DNA of 40,582 nucleotides from a virus (IMGVR_UViG_2778261692_000003:1-40582), one strand, 5' to 3'; positions 30,469 to 38,878 are shown, counted from the stretch's first letter. Notes: generated by a model from the sequence alone, not told the origin. Numbers and translations: made by a program.

Positions 30469-31176
30469 ATGAAAACATTCGCAGAAAGACTAAATGCAGC
30501 CATGAGCTCAGCTGGGGTATCACAATCACAGCTTGCTGACATGGTTGGAATATCTCAGCCAGCCATACAGAAGATGTCGTCCGGTAAAACAAACGGATCT
30601 CGCAAGATGGTTGAATTAGCCAATGCTTTAAAAGTGCGCCCTGAATGGCTTAGTTCTGGTATTGGTGAAATGAGGGATGGTGCACATGAAGAACCATCCA
30701 ATGTCCGTGAGTCATCTTTAAAAGCTGTGGTATGGGAAGACATTAAAAGAAACGATGACGAGTTTGTTGCGTTGCCTCTTCTTAACGTTTCGCTTTCAGC
30801 TGGAAGCGGTAGCTGCGAGCTAGAGGAATCATCGGAGTTCTCTTTGGTTTTCAGAAAGCACTATCTGAAAAAGATGGGAGTATCTGAAAGATCAGCCAAG
30901 CTAGTTAGGGTTGTAGGGCAAAGCATGGAACCAACGCTTCACGATGGCGATGTTGTTGGTGTTAACACGCAAGATACCACAATCAGAGATGGTAAAACCT
31001 ACGCTATTTGCCAGTCTGATTTGTTACGAGTAAAAACATTAATCGCCACCCCTACATCGGTGATAATCAGATCAATAAATCGCGAAGAGTACCCGGATGA
31101 AGTAATGGATAGAGATGAATTTCATGAAACCGTAAGGATTATTGGCAGAGTATTCTGGTCGTCTCATAGTTGGTAA
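30469..31176 (+). CDS. cI: CI-type prophage repressor (HTH plus LexA-like S24 autoprotease domain)
   Basis: N-terminal HTH (QSQLADMVGISQPAIQKM); C-terminal S24 motifs (VVGQSMEPTLHDGD, catalytic Lys in LRVKTL); ATG 30469 preferred over TTG 30439. Confidence 0.85.
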   Translation: MKTFAERLNAAMSSAGVSQSQLADMVGISQPAIQKMSSGKTNGSRKMVELANALKVRPEWLSSGIGEMRDGAHEEPSNVRESSLKAVVWEDIKRNDDEFVALPLLNVSLSAGSGSCELEESSEFSLVFRKHYLKKMGVSERSAKLVRVVGQSMEPTLHDGDVVGVNTQDTTIRDGKTYAICQSDLLRVKTLIATPTSVIIRSINREEYPDEVMDRDEFHETVRIIGRVFWSSHSW

Positions 31177-31216
31177 CCGATAATCAGAAGAAGACTTACG
31201 GAAGTGCGGAGGGATA

Positions 31217-31513
31217 ATGGAATTTCTGACAGTTTTTGTTGTTGTTTTGGTCATCATTCTTTTTGTTTTGCTAAGCATTAGCAAAAAGCTATCTCAAATG
31301 ATTGAACATAGCTCTAATCGAGCAAAAGAAGAAGAGCATCTAATTGATATAAAAGAGATTCTCTCTGATATAAAAATCACATTAGATGAAATAAAATACA
31401 CAACAGATCTAATTGAACAGTATAAAATACCAACCCCAAACGAGAGAAAAGCAATAGATCAATATCGTATTGACTTAGAAATCGACGAAATGCTAAGCAA
31501 TAGAAAGGACTAA
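31217..31513 (+). CDS. Membrane-anchored coiled-coil protein in rex-equivalent position (unknown function)
   Basis: 98 aa; N-terminal TM (FLTVFVVVLVIILFVLLSI) then charged helical region; GGAGGG RBS; AT-rich; directly downstream of cI, upstream of OL. Confidence 0.6.
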   Translation: MEFLTVFVVVLVIILFVLLSISKKLSQMIEHSSNRAKEEEHLIDIKEILSDIKITLDEIKYTTDLIEQYKIPTPNERKAIDQYRIDLEIDEMLSNRKD

Positions 31514-31518
31514 AAACA

Positions 31519-31542
31519 CCCGGCCTCAGTGCCGGGTTTTTC
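31519..31542 (+). terminator. Rho-independent terminator ending the cI-operon
   Basis: CCCGGC-CTCAGT-GCCGGG followed by TTTTTC. Confidence 0.75.
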
Positions 31543-31667
31543 TTACCCTGCCGTTCACCACCCAATCAACCATCCTCAGCATAGACAAGCATCAAGCCAA
31601 AGGTAACACCTTCACCCCGCACGCAAGCCCTCAAACACCAATCAATCAGCAACATTTACAAAAATAA

Positions 31668-31753
31668 AATACCTTTGTTATCCATCACTTATAACTTATT
31701 TACCACAAAATATAAATTAGGTTATTGACCACACCTATAACCTAAGTTATCTT
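31668..31753 (+). promoter_or_regulatory. OL/PL: operators of ATAAC-N4-GTTAT type (31668-31681, 31712-31725, 31737-31750), -35 TTGACC (31725-31730) and -10 TATCTT (31748-31753)
   Basis: Same operator half-sites as OR; promoter hexamers with 17-bp spacing overlapping operators. Confidence 0.55.
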
Positions 31754-31798
31754 TAAGCCATCAGCAGGACGCTGGAAGCCAAACGGAACAGATTGGCA

Positions 31799-31839
31799 GG
31801 CTCTTTAACATTGATGGGATTGTCCCGCCGAAATGCGGG
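31799..31839 (+). promoter_or_regulatory. nutL (boxA GCTCTTTAACA plus boxB hairpin)
   Basis: Identical boxA/boxB sequence to nutR, about 45 nt downstream of predicted PL start. Confidence 0.6.
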
Positions 31840-31947
31840 AACCAAAGAGTAGTTGGCTTTGGGGTGACGTGAAGTGCAGCTGCACGACGGCAACCGGAAG
31901 ATAAGCACCCGGCGCGTCACCGCCAAAGTCAATCATCGGAGGTCAAC

Positions 31948-32220
31948 ATGACAGTAGTCATTACATATCTGGCTGACGATAACGCCAGAAATCGCCGCAG
32001 AGCACGCAGACAGGCTCAACGTGAACAGGCAATGCAAGAACAGCGATTGGCGCGAAAAATTGCGCTAAAGCTCTCTGGTTGCGTCAGAGCAGACAAAGCA
32101 GCATCACTAGGAAGCCTTTGCTGCAAGAAGGCAGATGAATGCAGTGGAAGTATTTGCCTGCCAAACGTAGCCGTTTACGCGGCAGGCTACCGGAAATCAA
32201 AACAATTGACGGCGAGGTAA
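31948..32220 (+). CDS. N: N-type antiterminator (P22 gene 24-like)
   Basis: 90 aa with Arg-rich motif NARNRRRARRQAQREQ near N-terminus; C-terminus VYAAGYRKSKQLTAR resembles recalled P22 gp24; first gene after nutL. Confidence 0.75.
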   Translation: MTVVITYLADDNARNRRRARRQAQREQAMQEQRLARKIALKLSGCVRADKAASLGSLCCKKADECSGSICLPNVAVYAAGYRKSKQLTAR

Positions 32221-32222
32221 TT

Positions 32223-32585
32223 ATGGGTCAGGAAGAAAAATATGAGCTTAAAAAGCTCATTGAAGAAGACGCCATAGAAGAAATTGCAGCATTAACAACA
32301 GCTATAAAGAATATTAGGTATGCGCTAAATACGCTTATCTCCTCATGCGACAAAAATAGCAGGGAATTTTTGATACTTGGCGCAGCTCTAGGAATAGTTG
32401 ATGCGGCAACGCTTCACCTAATTACTCATGACAATATTCTTATTGAGCCGTATGAAACATTACTGCTTGTCAGGCAAAAAATGGCTGATGCCGCAGCAAA
32501 TGGAGACCTTCAACTTTACATCGACTTAAGGAAAGTATTAAGGCGAATGGTCAGAACTGAAGGAGATATCCCCCTGACAAAATAA
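32223..32585 (+). CDS. Hypothetical helical protein (120 aa), first gene after N
   Basis: ATG 32223 with GAGG RBS; AT-rich; no recognised motif. Confidence 0.5.
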   Translation: MGQEEKYELKKLIEEDAIEEIAALTTAIKNIRYALNTLISSCDKNSREFLILGAALGIVDAATLHLITHDNILIEPYETLLLVRQKMADAAANGDLQLYIDLRKVLRRMVRTEGDIPLTK

Positions 32586-32765
32586 GGGGGTGAGAGGATT
32601 TTACTATTTTCCTCGCTGTAGGGGTACACGAGAACCACCGAGCCTGATGTGGTTAAAAGACAGGCACAATCTTTACTACCGCAAGCCACGCAGTGAAATG
32701 GGTGTGACTTGTGTTGGTCGCCAGAAAATGAAATTAGGCAGCAAACCACTTATTTGAGGTGATAT

Positions 32766-33188
32766 ATGGAAGAACAAGCAAACAAGATTCTCGTAGAACT
32801 ACTGCAAAAAGCCAGCAATGGAATAGACGCGGCTGTTTCATTTAGCCAGGCACAGATTCCTGATGTTGTTCATCAGTTGCTAATATGGAGTTTTGTCCAT
32901 AGCGCACTTTCCCAAGTGACTGGGTTGTTGCTTTTAATTGCAGCAATAAAACTTCCTAGTTTTGCAAGAACGGCAAGAAATAATGGCGAGAGATGGACGT
33001 CTTTCGATGGATGTCCAAATGATGGATATTTTATATCTTCGTTTTATTACGATATATGCACCGTATTTGCTCCTGTATTTGGCTCAATTATTGGCGTTTC
33101 AATTATCGCCTTCAATTTCGAATGGTTGAAGATTTGGCTTGCACCTAAGTTATTCCTAATTGAATATGCAGCATCATTGGTTAAGTAA
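32766..33188 (+). CDS. Hypothetical two-TM membrane protein (140 aa)
   Basis: Two hydrophobic segments (LLIWSFVHSALSQVTGLLLLIAAI; FAPVFGSIIGVSIIAFNF); GAGG RBS; AT-rich. Confidence 0.55.
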   Translation: MEEQANKILVELLQKASNGIDAAVSFSQAQIPDVVHQLLIWSFVHSALSQVTGLLLLIAAIKLPSFARTARNNGERWTSFDGCPNDGYFISSFYYDICTVFAPVFGSIIGVSIIAFNFEWLKIWLAPKLFLIEYAASLVK

Positions 33189-33192
33189 TTTC

Positions 33193-33218
33193 AGGCCGCA
33201 TAGTCGGCCTTTATTTTT
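33193..33218 (+). terminator. Rho-independent terminator after the 2-TM gene
   Basis: AGGCCG-CATAGT-CGGCCT followed by TTATTTTT. Confidence 0.7.
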
Positions 33219-33266
33219 GGCATAAACAAGAGAATAAACACCGCACTGAATTATTTGAGGTGAGAT

Positions 33267-33737
33267 ATGACAAAATCATGGAGCGTACCTTTTCCTGAAT
33301 CAGAAACTGAACATGATGGAATGCCTGTTTTCTGGAGATTCCAGGCGACAGTTGAAGAAGATGGAATCAAAATATTCGCACTTCAATATATAGCTTTTCA
33401 TCAGACAGAGCATTATGCATGGTTGGTTCCTGCGCATTGGATTGTTAATTTTAAACCAACACCAAATCAGTGGTTACAGGAATGGAAACAAAGGAGAAAT
33501 AGATATGCAATTAAGAAAGTAGCAAAAAATGCAGAAAGATCTTTTGCATTCCCGACGAAGAAACTTGCCATTGAAAGTTTATTGCGCCGGAAGAAATACC
33601 ATTTAATGAGAATCAAACAAGATTTGGCTGTTGTATCAACTCTTGTTGATGGGATGAAGAATATTGATACATCAACACCAGATATTGAATATAACTTTGG
33701 ACACAACCAAGAAACAGAAAACTGGGTGTTTTATTAG
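33267..33737 (+). CDS. Hypothetical basic protein (156 aa)
   Basis: GAGG RBS; Trp/His-rich N-terminal half, Lys/Arg-rich centre; AT-rich. Confidence 0.55.
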   Translation: MTKSWSVPFPESETEHDGMPVFWRFQATVEEDGIKIFALQYIAFHQTEHYAWLVPAHWIVNFKPTPNQWLQEWKQRRNRYAIKKVAKNAERSFAFPTKKLAIESLLRRKKYHLMRIKQDLAVVSTLVDGMKNIDTSTPDIEYNFGHNQETENWVFY

Positions 33738-33841
33738 TACGAATAAGCACTGTGTATTCATTCCAACGAGTGAATACACGGAGCAATGTCGCTCATAACT
33801 AAACAGGAGCCGACTTGTTCTGATTATTGGAAATCTTCTTT

Positions 33842-33865
33842 GCCCTCCAGTGTGAGGGCCTTTTT
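33842..33865 (+). terminator. Intrinsic terminator upstream of cIII-like gene
   Basis: GCCCTC-CAGTGT-GAGGGC followed by CTTTTTAT. Confidence 0.6.
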
Positions 33866-33931
33866 ATATGCATACCAATAACGCTTCACTCGAGGCGTTT
33901 TCGTTATGCATTCAAACAGAAGGAGCATCCT

Positions 33932-34102
33932 ATGCAACAGTTCGCTATTGCAGGGGCGGCATTGGTTCGCCCTTTCAACCCGATTTTATCGGTACAGCAT
34001 TCACGAAAAAATATTTTAACCGGAGCAGACTTTAAACAACCAAGAATGAAAAGTTTGCTCGAAAAGCTTTGGGATATTTTGAAACAACAAGGCCGTCCAT
34101 GA
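33932..34102 (+). CDS. cIII: CIII-like protein (FtsH inhibitor family)
   Basis: 56 aa from ATG 33932 (AGGAG RBS): MQQFAIAGAALV...LLEKLWDILKQQGRP resembles lambda CIII (MQYAIAG...ILNQPG). Confidence 0.55.
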   Translation: MQQFAIAGAALVRPFNPILSVQHSRKNILTGADFKQPRMKSLLEKLWDILKQQGRP

Positions 34103-34257
34103 GTTTTACAGATAACTGGTCAGACGAAGAATTCATTCGTCAGATGAAAGAATTAATCGGTAACGAAGGAGATATTCATGTCACTTGCAACCACAGTGAA
34201 GGAGAGCAAGTTACAGAGACGCGTGTACACGCAGAAAGCTCTCTGGTATCGCCATAA
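34099..34257 (+). CDS. Small acidic protein in kil-equivalent position
   Basis: 52 aa from ATG overlapping cIII stop (ATGA); position analogy only. Confidence 0.3.
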   Translation: MSFTDNWSDEEFIRQMKELIGNEGDIHVTCNHSEGEQVTETRVHAESSLVSP

Positions 34258-34358
34258 TGGCGACCGCGAAGGAATGCGGGTATGTCTTAATTTGTCCCGA
34301 GTCGAAGTATTAAATCAGCGTTATTTCCTTGGGCCATGTCCATTCTGAGAACAAACAT

Positions 34359-34964
34359 ATGAGCAAAGAATTTTACGCAAGACTGGCAGCTATTCAGGAG
34401 AATCTGAACGCGCCAAAAAATCAGTACAACTCATTCGGTAAATATAAATACAGAAGCTGCGAAGATATTCTTGAAGGCGTTAAGCCGTTACTGAATGGTC
34501 TGTTTTTATCAATCAGCGATGAAGTTGTGTTGATTGGTGATCGGTATTACGTGAAAGCCACGGCAACTATTACCGATGGCGAAAACAGTCATACGGCAAC
34601 CGCTCTTGCACGAGAGGAAGAAATCAAGAAAGGAATGGATTCTGCACAAGTTACGGGAGCTACAAGCTCTTATGCACGCAAGTATTGCCTCAATGGTTTG
34701 TTCGGCATTGATGATGCGAAAGATGCAGATACAGACGAGCATAAACATCAGCAGAACGCAGCAGCAAAGCAATCAAAACCATCACTTACACCTGAACAGG
34801 TTCTAAAAGCATTCACTGACGCAGCAATGCAGAAAAACACCGTAGAAGAGCTTAAACAGGCGTTCGCCAAAGCGTGGAAGATGCTCGAAGGCACGCCGGA
34901 GCAGCACAAAGCGCAGGACGTTTACAACATCAGACGAGACGAATTAGAAGGAGCTGCTGCTTAA
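34359..34964 (+). CDS. erf: Erf single-strand annealing recombinase
   Basis: MSKEFYARLAAIQENLNAPKNQYNSFGKYKYRSCEDILEGVKPLL... near-identical to recalled P22 Erf N-terminus; ATG 34359. Confidence 0.9.
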   Translation: MSKEFYARLAAIQENLNAPKNQYNSFGKYKYRSCEDILEGVKPLLNGLFLSISDEVVLIGDRYYVKATATITDGENSHTATALAREEEIKKGMDSAQVTGATSSYARKYCLNGLFGIDDAKDADTDEHKHQQNAAAKQSKPSLTPEQVLKAFTDAAMQKNTVEELKQAFAKAWKMLEGTPEQHKAQDVYNIRRDELEGAAA

Positions 34965-35347
34965 TGGCACATTCGATTACTGTAAGACTAAACAAGCCCG
35001 CAAGAGAGTTTCAGGCCGGGGAAAATATCGGATTCAACATCCGTGCTGGCGTTCAGTATTACGATCGCCAGACAAAAAAGAAAGAATGGACAAACTACAG
35101 CGCCGTTGTATTTGCCAAGCCGGGAGCGCAAGCGGATTACTACCGTAGTGTTCTTGTTGAAGGTGGCATTGTGGAAATTACCGGAGAAAACATCAGGGTT
35201 GATGTTTATCAGGGGCAAAATGGTCAATCAATCACTCTTGAATTACTGAATGCAAAGATTGGATTTGCAGCTTCAGGAAATGGCCCGCAGCAGCAAAGTA
35301 GTAATCATCAAAATCATCCTGAATACGACGATTCAATTCCCTTCTAA
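34964..35347 (+). CDS. Short SSB-like OB-fold protein with acidic DDSIPF C-terminal tail
   Basis: 127 aa from ATG overlapping erf stop (TAATG); C-terminus ...PEYDDSIPF typical of SSB protein-interaction tail. Confidence 0.6.
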   Translation: MAHSITVRLNKPAREFQAGENIGFNIRAGVQYYDRQTKKKEWTNYSAVVFAKPGAQADYYRSVLVEGGIVEITGENIRVDVYQGQNGQSITLELLNAKIGFAASGNGPQQQSSNHQNHPEYDDSIPF

Positions 35348-35370
35348 ATTAGCAAAATAAGGATTCCATT

Positions 35371-35667
35371 ATGCCAGCGCCTCTGTATGGTGCGGATGAC
35401 CCGCGCCGCTGTTCCGGCAATTCCGTATCGGAGGTGCTGGATAAATTCAGAAAAAACTACGACATGATAATGTCGCTACCGCAGGAAACGAAAGAGGAAA
35501 AGGAATTTCGCCATTGTATATGGCTTGCAGAGAAAGAAGAACGAGAGCGAATTTACCAGACATCAATCCGACCATTCCGCAAAGCCACATATACCCACTT
35601 CCCTGAATATATCGACCCGCGTCTGCGTAATTACCGCTCACGCTATGGCGCTATCAGTAATGACTGA
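35371..35667 (+). CDS. Hypothetical protein, possibly Abc2-like anti-RecBCD factor (tentative)
   Basis: 98 aa immediately downstream of erf/ssb as in P22 abc region; identity with Abc2 is recollection-based and unverified. Confidence 0.4.
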   Translation: MPAPLYGADDPRRCSGNSVSEVLDKFRKNYDMIMSLPQETKEEKEFRHCIWLAEKEERERIYQTSIRPFRKATYTHFPEYIDPRLRNYRSRYGAISND

Positions 35668-35677
35668 GGAATTAACA

Positions 35678-35968
35678 ATGAAAACAATGAAGCTAAACAT
35701 CGACCTCGGAAAATACGTTATTACCGGAACCAAACACGACCTGATTCTTAATGAAAGAGGAATTATCAAAGAAGGTGAGAATGCAGGAAAAGAAACACTA
35801 AGCCGTATCGGTTATTACAGCAAGTTTGAGCATCTGGTTAAAGAGTTATGCAACCGTGAAATCCTGTTATCTCAGGCGCAGACGCTACAGGATATTCAGC
35901 AACATATCGAGACTTTAGGTGTGTCACTTAGCATGGCTATTGACCAGGTCGTGGAGAGTAAATCATGA
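35678..35968 (+). CDS. Hypothetical protein (96 aa)
   Basis: ATG 35678 with GAGG RBS; track start is upstream extension. Confidence 0.45.
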   Translation: MKTMKLNIDLGKYVITGTKHDLILNERGIIKEGENAGKETLSRIGYYSKFEHLVKELCNREILLSQAQTLQDIQQHIETLGVSLSMAIDQVVESKS

Positions 35969-36132
35969 GAGGACTTGCATACAATCCCGGCATTCTTCCG
36001 GCAGAAATGATTATTCGCCAACGCGTAAAGCCAATGCCATCGAGAGAGGAATTGCTTAAGAGAAATTCTTTTCCGTCAGTGAATCAAAACAAATATCTGA
36101 ATGCGATGTGGCGCAAAGGAGGCAACCAGTGA
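35965..36132 (+). CDS. Small ORF (55 aa), translationally coupled (ATGA start, GTGA end)
   Basis: Hand-translated [55 protein letters not shown]; below track cutoff. Confidence 0.25.
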   Translation: MRGLAYNPGILPAEMIIRQRVKPMPSREELLKRNSFPSVNQNKYLNAMWRKGGNQ

Positions 36133-36383
36133 GTAATTCAGCACGACTACAGCTTGGTTTTTCACCGCTATCAAAAACTATCATGCTGGCAAAAATGCGC
36201 GATGTTGAAGGTGGACGTATGCGCGTTGGCAATGATCCAGGTCGTGATGTTACCAATGAGGCTGCTCAATTGGTGTGGCAACTGGTCATGGCTGAAGGTG
36301 GTGAGATAGTGTGGGAGCTGGATGATGGTTCTCGCATGGTGTTGAAGGCAGAAAAGCAGGAGGCAACCAGTGAGCAAGATTGA
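36129..36383 (+). CDS. Hypothetical protein (84 aa, GTG start)
   Basis: AGGAGG 6 nt upstream of GTG 36129; same 17-bp RBS/start module as next gene. Confidence 0.4.
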   Translation: MSNSARLQLGFSPLSKTIMLAKMRDVEGGRMRVGNDPGRDVTNEAAQLVWQLVMAEGGEIVWELDDGSRMVLKAEKQEATSEQD

Positions 36384-37041
36384 CTATCAGGCACTGCGTG
36401 AGTTAGCAAAACAGGCAACACAGGGTGAATGGGTCGCATTTATTTCGCCGGGCAAATACGGCACGTACGCCGTACACACACCAGGTGATAATCATCACGG
36501 AGATATTGTCGACTGGCCAGGATTCGACGAACAGAAAAACGCAGAGAACAACGCTCGTTATATCGCAGCTTTCAACCCTGAAGTAGTGCAGGCGCTGCTG
36601 GATGAACGGGAAAGAAACCAGCAATACATAAAACGCCGCGACCAGGAGAACGAGGATATTGCGCTTACGGTAGGGAAGCTGCTAATCGAAAACGGCCGGC
36701 TTGTTGCAGATACGCTACGCCACTTAGCTGATAACGAAATCGACTCTGATTATTTTGCTATCACCTCAACGAATGAGAACGGTACTGAAATTGATCATGA
36801 GATGGCTATTACCGATTACGCACTGCAAGCTGCCGGAACTGTAGACGAATTGGTTGCGGCGCTGGAATCCGCAGAGAAGCGCATAGCAGAACTGGAAACG
36901 CGGGAAATACTGCTACCGGAACGTAGCAGTATGCTTCATCGAACAGATTTTCACGATGATTACCAAACGGTAATGGCATACAAAGTTTCTGAAGTCATCG
37001 CTGCAATCCGCGCCGCTGGCATTCGCATCAAAGGAGAGTGA
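36370..37041 (+). CDS. Ead/Ea22-like early-region protein
   Basis: N-terminus [22 protein letters not shown] characteristic of Ead/Ea22-like prophage proteins; GTG start with AGGAGG. Confidence 0.65.
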   Translation: MSKIDYQALRELAKQATQGEWVAFISPGKYGTYAVHTPGDNHHGDIVDWPGFDEQKNAENNARYIAAFNPEVVQALLDERERNQQYIKRRDQENEDIALTVGKLLIENGRLVADTLRHLADNEIDSDYFAITSTNENGTEIDHEMAITDYALQAAGTVDELVAALESAEKRIAELETREILLPERSSMLHRTDFHDDYQTVMAYKVSEVIAAIRAAGIRIKGE

Positions 37042-37042
37042 T

Positions 37043-37252
37043 ATGGCTATCGCTGCAAGTTACACCATGCATCTCTATTGTGATTTCCTCCAGTGTACAG
37101 ATGGCAAATATAAGTCGCCAGACTTCGGTGAGTATATAGGTACGTCATGGGCTGGCTGTGCAAAAGAGGAGCGCAAGGATGGCTGGCGAATAAGCAAAGA
37201 CAAAACGCGTGCTTTTGCGCCCGGGCATAAAGTTTTGAGGATTAACAAATGA
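37043..37252 (+). CDS. Small Cys-containing hypothetical protein (69 aa)
   Basis: AAGGAGAG RBS; 4 Cys; overlaps next gene start. Confidence 0.45.
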   Translation: MAIAASYTMHLYCDFLQCTDGKYKSPDFGEYIGTSWAGCAKEERKDGWRISKDKTRAFAPGHKVLRINK

Positions 37253-38025
37253 CCACTATAACCAAAGAGCGACTGCTGACAATCAAGCAGTGGCGCGAAA
37301 CATACGGACCGGGTAGCAACGTTGTACTGCCAGCAGAAGAAGCGGAAGAACTGGCGCGGATTGCACTGACATCGCTGGAAGCAGAGCCGGTGGCTTATAT
37401 TTTCAAACATCCGGCCGGGAAATTATTCTGGGCTTTAACGGATGAAAGCAATAAAGAGCAAGCGGACGTTATTCCTGTTTATGCTGCCGCGCCTGCGTCG
37501 GTTGTGCCGGATAATGCATCAGAGCCTCTTGCTTATGCTTACAAAGAGCTTACGCCTGAGATTATGCGCAACCATTTAGCTGTATTCGAGCGATATGGAA
37601 TAGCCCCAAACGATAGCTCTACCACAATTCAGGCACTGCGAATCGCGCTGGATGGTATAGAGCGGAGCGACGCCATGCTTCATGGTGCCGAACCTGTAAG
37701 CCAAACTTACAAGTTGAACGAGCTGTCGGGCAACTCTCCGGTAACTCCGGATGGTTGGATAAGCTGTAGTGAGCGAATGCCTGTAATTGGCGAGCTAAAT
37801 TGGAGAACTAGTTTTCCTTTACTGGTTACGTGTGAGATCGGCGTTATACCTGCTTATTACGGCTTTGTAAGCATTAATGGTGAAAGACATTATGGCTTTA
37901 TGGAGAGTCTTAAATATGGAGATGATAGCGGCAACCATCCTCAAACTAATGAATATGACCTGATTAGCAATGTCACACACTGGATGCCTCTACCAGAACC
38001 GCCTCAGGAGGTTAACCGTGGCTAA
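37249..38025 (+). CDS. DUF551-like early-region protein
   Basis: 258 aa; C-terminal HWMPLPEPP motif typical of DUF551 prophage proteins. Confidence 0.55.
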   Translation: MTTITKERLLTIKQWRETYGPGSNVVLPAEEAEELARIALTSLEAEPVAYIFKHPAGKLFWALTDESNKEQADVIPVYAAAPASVVPDNASEPLAYAYKELTPEIMRNHLAVFERYGIAPNDSSTTIQALRIALDGIERSDAMLHGAEPVSQTYKLNELSGNSPVTPDGWISCSERMPVIGELNWRTSFPLLVTCEIGVIPAYYGFVSINGERHYGFMESLKYGDDSGNHPQTNEYDLISNVTHWMPLPEPPQEVNRG

Positions 38026-38125
38026 CCTGCAACTTGCCGTAAAAGGTGAATAACAATCCTCGCACTCTCGGGGATTTCTTTTATATGAACTCGCTACGGC
38101 GAGTTTTGTTTTATGGAGACAAGAA

Positions 38126-38470
38126 ATGTCAGATTTGGCTATGAAGGTTTTGAAATGGCAATCAACTGGCGATGTCGGCATCAGTAGCGCAACTCTTGCC
38201 TCAATCGCATGTGGCCTGAAAAAGAATATCTATGGTCATGGCTTCGGTGCTCCACATGACGCAGCCGATTTCAGACGATGCGTTGCACTTGTTGAGCAGA
38301 TTCCAGAAATCAGAGATTCATTCGACAAGGTTGCAAAGCGCGTTCCGGCATTCAAAGGAATCCTCAACGAATGGGATTCCCTCGTTGCTCTGTTGAAGTC
38401 TGAAATGAAGATACACGGAAACAAAGCACCAAAAACTTACAGAAGAATCAGCGAGCTACGCAAGGACTAA
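38126..38470 (+). CDS. Hypothetical protein (114 aa) preceding excisionase
   Basis: GGAGA RBS; followed by intrinsic terminator. Confidence 0.5.
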   Translation: MSDLAMKVLKWQSTGDVGISSATLASIACGLKKNIYGHGFGAPHDAADFRRCVALVEQIPEIRDSFDKVAKRVPAFKGILNEWDSLVALLKSEMKIHGNKAPKTYRRISELRKD

Positions 38471-38538
38471 CCATGAAATAACACAGCCTCACACTCGATG
38501 AGGCCTGTTCATTTCTCAAGATATCCAGACCTATCATC

Positions 38539-38562
38539 GCCGCATCAATGCGGCTTTTTATT
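38539..38562 (+). terminator. Rho-independent terminator
   Basis: GCCGCAT-CA-ATGCGGC followed by TTTTTATT. Confidence 0.75.
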
Positions 38563-38604
38563 GCCTGATTTGCAGGTTCGATTCCCTATTCGGAGATAGC
38601 ACTC

Positions 38605-38805
38605 ATGCAACACGAACTACAACCTGATTCACTGGTTGATTTGAAATTCATCATGGCTGATACTGGCTTCGGTAAGACCTTCATCTATGACCGGATTAAG
38701 TCCGGAGACCTGCCTAAAGCCAAAGTTATCCACGGACGAGCAAGATGGTTATATCGTGACCATTGTGAATTCAAAAATAAGCTCTTAAGCCGCGCTAATG
38801 GGTAA
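38605..38805 (+). CDS. torI: Excisionase / recombination directionality factor (AlpA/TorI family winged HTH)
   Basis: 66 aa MQHELQPDSLVDLKFIMADTGFGKTFIYDRIKSGDLPKAKVIHGRARWLYRDHCEF... matches recalled TorI; located at prophage end opposite the integrase. Confidence 0.8.
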   Translation: MQHELQPDSLVDLKFIMADTGFGKTFIYDRIKSGDLPKAKVIHGRARWLYRDHCEFKNKLLSRANG

Positions 38806-38878
38806 AATAGCGGGTAAAATATTTCTCACATCTAAAAAATATCATTCCAATCAATCCCCTGCCGCGCCAAGTAGATGT

